A stretch of 63,885 nucleotides of DNA, the filler included, from Olpidium bornovanus S191 (taxonomy: Eukaryota; Fungi; Olpidiomycota), in NCBI GenBank assembly GCA_017911155.1. It is 31 parts of 31 records of this genome, joined end to end, with 100 filler letters (N's around TTAATTAATTAA, not from the genome) between each part and the next. Parts side by side here need not be neighbours in the genome. Positions count along the whole stretch, not along the records: positions 59,611 to 60,928 come from JAEFCI010007874.1; positions 61,029 to 62,720 come from JAEFCI010001042.1; positions 62,821 to 63,885 come from JAEFCI010007699.1; 28 more parts are not named here. One strand, 5' to 3'. Position numbers and translations under genes: made by a program. The notes under the pieces are model-generated. The model was not told the origin of the DNA and made no database searches. It saw nothing but the letters and a program-made list of their open reading frames with translations. This document shows, in pieces, positions 59,611 to 63,885 of the stretch; the stretch's first letter is position 1; the number at the start of each line of letters is the position of its first letter.

Positions 59611-60928
59611 CTTCGACCAGGTGCAGCAGACCGATCCGTAAGTGCCGCATTGCAAATTATTTAGTTTTTCTGAGTTATTTTAAGCTCGCCCAAATAGGTT
59701 TGAACTTATTTTTGGAACTTGTTAGTTCATGTAAAGCCCTCAACGAGTACTGGCACCACCATCTAAAAGTCTTCACGACCAGCGCGCAAAACCTCGTTGA
59801 ACGCGCTCTCATTGAAATTGCCGCAGTCCGCCCGTGGGTCGAGGGAATGTATGCGGGGATCATGGGCGATAATGACGACGTCCGGAGGGAGAAGCTGTAT
59901 GCAGTCTGGATGGCCTCTTTTGCCGTTTACGAGTCCATCGTCGACTCTTTCATCCCCTTTAACATTGGCGTGGGCCCCATCGAGTTGACGGACCAGCAGC
60001 TTAGCCGGGAAAGGACGATTTTGTACCTGTTGCAAATGCTGGTCACCGTCAGCCATCCTCCGATCAAAGCCGTGGAGGCTGCCCTGCTTCGCGGTGAGGA
60101 TTTTTGCGTCAACCGTAAAAAAAAAATTCCAAAGTGGAAGAACAGAGTCGGGTGGATCAGCTGGCTTGTCGGGTGTGCCGAAACGTCCATCAACCCCTCC
60201 CCAACCGTCAGCAACCATGCTGCCCAGGTTATTAGGATGTCCGACGTCATCAAAGGACAGCTGAGTGCAATGGCCCTCGAGACCCCCACAGATTTCGTTG
60301 CGCGCGTTAGGCGTCCGGACGATCTGTTGGCCGAACTTTCTAGCTTGTTTGCCCAGTCCAAATTCCTGGCGCCCCGCCTTCCGCGCGACGAGTGGTAACC
60401 TTTGTTTTGTTTTTTTCCCGTTTTCTTTTTTTTTTCTCCAGGATTATCCTCTGATCGAATCTTGTAACGTTGCCGCTGGTTTAGGCCGCTGGATTATTTG
60501 CTAATGGACAGCGCCGGGGAGAACCTTGTTTGGGTATTCCGCTCCGCCGCTGCATTCTTCGGCCACGCCTCCGAGGAGGAGCCGCCGAAGTCGGTCATCT
60601 ACTTTATCCCCCGGAAGGAGTGCCTGGAGAATCTCCGGACTCTCCGTGAACTCGTCGCTGACGCAATCAGCTGGGATGACCCGGAGCACGAGGAGCCTTT
60701 TGAGCCGATCCCGGACGTTCCCGAGGAAATCATCGACGACGGGACTATTCGCGATTTCTTGAAAGAGATACAGTCTTCGCTGTTCCGGTCCCTGGTCGCC
60801 AGGCTGCCCATGCCCGTGGGGTTCCCGCCGCTGTACAGCAGCACCCCCGACTTTTTCGACGAAGGGTTCGCGTCGCGCGTGTCCAGGTGCCTGCACCGGG
60901 TCCACGACGTCGTGATGTTCTTCGTCAA
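59611..60928 (+). CDS. Hypothetical helical protein, internal exons
   Basis: Open frames of about 230 and 140 codons with plausible GT-AG boundaries; family not recognised and the junction near 60440-60510 is unresolved. Confidence 0.55.
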
Positions 60929-61028
60929 NNNNNNNNNNNNNNNNNNNNNNNNNNNNNNNNNNNNNNNNNNNNTTAATTAATTAANNNNNNNNNNNNNNNN
61001 NNNNNNNNNNNNNNNNNNNNNNNNNNNN

Positions 61029-61872
61029 ACCGAAGAATGCCGGCCAAGGAGTGCTACATCGGGGATTCTCTAGACAACCGAAAAGTCGTTGAGCAGAGAA
61101 ACTGCTCTTGCACGCGAGAAGATTTCGAATGGTAAGTCGCCGCAGCATGTGCGGAGAACGCGGCAGCTTCTGATTTCTTGGCCGCGCCCCTGCAGTCGCG
61201 GTTTTCCGCCACCGCCGCAGACCTTTTGACCCCGGCCGGCCCAAACGACTCCGCGAACGACAGCGACTTCAACTTTAGGCCGGACGGCAGCGGCAACTGC
61301 GTGCTGGTCGACGGCGAACAACCGGTTCAGACGTCGTGCCTCGCGAAAAGCACCGCTTCGTACACGGTTTCGACAGGGTACCGGAAAATCAAGATGTCCA
61401 CATGCGAGGGAGGCCTAGAGTTGGACAAGGGCGAGGTCCATTCATGTCCCGGGCACGGCGGCCTTTCCGCCGGTGGGTGGGCGGCCATCATTCTAGTGCC
61501 TGCGTGCGCAGTCGGCGCGTTCCTGTGCTTCCATAAATACAGGAACTCGTACGGAAGGCTGAGGTATGGCGTTCATCCGCATGTTTCGGCATTTGGGCGG
61601 GCGGGGGGGAAGTGGAGGGCCAGGGAGGCAGCGTGTTTTCAGTTTCTAACTTTTTTTTTTTTAAAAACCGACGACGACGTTCGAATTGCTTTCCGCCCGC
61701 CAGGCTCCCCAACTCTATTCCGCGAGATGTCCCGATGCCTGCGTTTTTGGCGAATTTCGTGGAGCGACTACGGTCGCCATCCAGACGCGGAAGCCGCTAC
61801 TCACGGCTGGCGACGGACGAGCAGCCGATCGACGTGTTGATGGACGATTACGACAGTCCGGATATTCTCTGA
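61029..61872 (+). CDS. VPS10: Vacuolar sorting receptor Vps10/sortilin, C-terminal part
   Basis: AREDFEC-DFNF...GNCVLVDG...C...STGYRKIKMSTCEGGLELD...CPG (10CC module), a TM helix, and a cytosolic tail ending in an acidic DDYDSPDIL*. Confidence 0.92.
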
Positions 61873-62938
61873 AAGGGCCTGCCCGCCCCAGGTCAAAAAG
61901 GAACGTGAAAGCGAGGGGTGGTCGCATTTCCTTGTACACTTCGTGCCCTTCACGCGGGGTGTGGTTTATCAAAATGTCGCAACCTGTTGGGGGGTTTTTT
62001 TTCTTTCAGGTTTTCGTCCTTTTTCCCCCCTCATTTCCGTGCTTGCTTTTGCATCAAGGCCCGTGTCGGTTCGTTTTTTCAAATTTTTACATAGCTTCGT
62101 ATTCGCCGTTTTTTTTTTTTTTTTTTTTTTTTTTGTTTTGTTTTGTTTTGTTTTTCAGAGCACACGCGTGCAGAGGAGACGGGGGGCGGCGTAACAGACA
62201 ATAGCAGAGAACCCCCGGTGCGAAAACGCCAAATTGCCTAAACGCGATCGAGGGCCCCCCGGCGAAATGTCTTTTGTACATTTTAGGGCAGCGGATCGTG
62301 GATCGACCGGCGATAGCCCGTGACAGGTTGACAAAGGGCGGTGCTGAACATGACCAGTCACGCCGCCGCCAACTCACCGTAGCCTCCCCCACTCCTATGC
62401 ACTCAAACCACCTCCACGGTCGCCCGCGGGGGGACCTCCGCCCGCCTTTGTTGCTGCTGTCGAACGAAAGAGCCGTCATCCCCTGAGATGGTTCCCGGTC
62501 AGGTGGCTGACAACAGCCCCTTTTGCGGACAGCCCCCACGCCTCGCCGGGACTTTCTCTCCCGGCTGAAAACAAAAGACAGAAACCAACACATAAAAAAA
62601 ACGAAAAAAAAAAAAAAAAAAAAAGAAGGCAATCGCGCTGCCGGAAAGGATGTAGTTTTTTTTTCGGGAAACTTTCTGGCGCTGCACGGATCATCTTCAT
62701 CAACATGGACCGAATAGTAGNNNNNNNNNNNNNNNNNNNNNNNNNNNNNNNNNNNNNNNNNNNNTTAATTAATTAANNNNNNNNNNNNNNNNNNNNNNNN
62801 NNNNNNNNNNNNNNNNNNNNAAAAACGCTCCCCGCTTGCGCGAGGAAAAACTAAACACCCCCGGGGTCGGGCCCCGCGACACGTAAAATCAGTACCCGCC
62901 GGTGCGTATTTTCGCGGGCCAGCGCAGGGGGGAAAAAC

Positions 62939-63708
62939 ATGTCAGACGTGCCGGACGGCGTCCGGCCGGCGAGGCGCAGCAACCAGCGGTCCGTGGGCGC
63001 CGGGACGTACGGGAGGCCGAGGCCGCCGTCGGCTGCGACCGAGCGAGGTGCGGTGTCGAGCTGCCCCGGTCGTTGCCCTCCCTCTCGCCCTCTCTCTCTA
63101 CCTTTTCCCCTCAACCTCCCCCCCTCCTTCGGCTGGGAGACCGCGACGGGGAGTGGGGTGGCCAAAAAAAAAAAAAAGGAAAAGAAAAATTAGCAAATCT
63201 CGCAATCGGCGAAAGCGGGGCGCACTACAAAAACGCGTTTCCTTCATCGCGTTGGTTCTTTTTTTTTTTTTTTTTTTTCGCCCGAAAAAATTTTCGCGAC
63301 GAAAGCAGTGCTGCTAAAAAAAACGTCGCCCCCTTCCATACCTTCGAAGTTCATGACCTACCACTACGACACCAGCGAGAAAAAAGCGTTCAACAAGACT
63401 TCCAGGAGATTCTCGGCGCCGCAGGTAAAAGAACAAACAAAAAAAGAAAGAAGAAAAAAGAAAAATAAAAAAACGACACCCGGAAACTGATTTTCGCCGC
63501 ATTTTCCTCCTCGACTTTATCTGCGCTCCCCCACCTCACCCCCCACCCCCCCCTCCACCGGCCCGCGCCGCCCCGGCCGCGGCATTGGACGCGTGGAATT
63601 TGACCGCAGGACGAGCTTCCGGGGCCCGGGCACTATAGCTTTCGCGAGACGCCGGCGTCGGCGAGCGTCTCTTTGTCGAAGAAAGGGCTGGGGGGGTTTG
63701 CGTCGAAG
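62939..63708 (+). CDS. STPG1: STPG1/MAPO2-like sperm-tail PG-rich repeat (SHIPPO) protein, 5' exons
   Basis: Spliced SIPSKF...SEKKAFNKTSRRF...DELPGPGHY...SASVSLSKKG parallels, from memory, animal STPG1 SIPFK...SEKKGFNSQAKRF...DIPGPGFY...SNSVSLSKKG. Exon 1 (62939-63047) and exon 2 (from 63194) join in phase. Confidence 0.75.
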
Positions 63709-63885
63709 GTGTTGAATAACGACTCGTCGAATCACGTTTTCTTTTTTTTTTTTTTTTTTTTTTTTTTGTCGGGTGGGGATGTTTTTTCAAAAAAAGAGAT
63801 GACACGCAGCACAGGCGACGATTCGAAAGGGAGCGCGAGCTCCGACCGCCGCGGAGCGGGTTCGGTGCGAAGTGTGGCGTCGGCT

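Overview
This is eukaryotic, not prokaryotic, sequence. The window is about 31 short (1-4 kb) contigs joined by an artificial 100-nt linker (N44-TTAATTAATTAA-N44), so gene neighbourhood across linkers means nothing and most genes are partial. The DNA is GC-rich and intron-dense, with long poly(A)/poly(T)/poly(G) and (GA)n tracts. Gene content points to an early-diverging, flagellated (zoosporic) fungus: LYS1 (alpha-aminoadipate lysine pathway), chitin synthase, class V myosin, Mis12, Vps4, Vps10, Pol epsilon, Rpa49, eL42, plus an STPG1-like axonemal protein. An Olpidium-like organism is my inference and is not proven. Degenerate Ty1/copia and Ty3/gypsy fragments and a probable MITE are also present. 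Most notable observations: (1) eL42 carries Gln56, the known cycloheximide-resistance substitution; (2) a compact chitin synthase resembling the virus/bacteria-associated type rather than canonical fungal classes; (3) an intron-containing, prokaryote-type (COG1926-like) phosphoribosyltransferase with a degenerate PRPP loop; (4) a ~416-bp hairpin-ended element carrying TTAGGG repeats; (5) a membrane-anchored cyclic-nucleotide phosphodiesterase; (6) introns whose 3' ends are poly(A) rather than polypyrimidine; (7) CpG-specific decay between two copies of a repeat; (8) a possible CUG-initiated mitochondrial RNase H1 isoform. All family assignments come from manual motif recognition; no database search was run.
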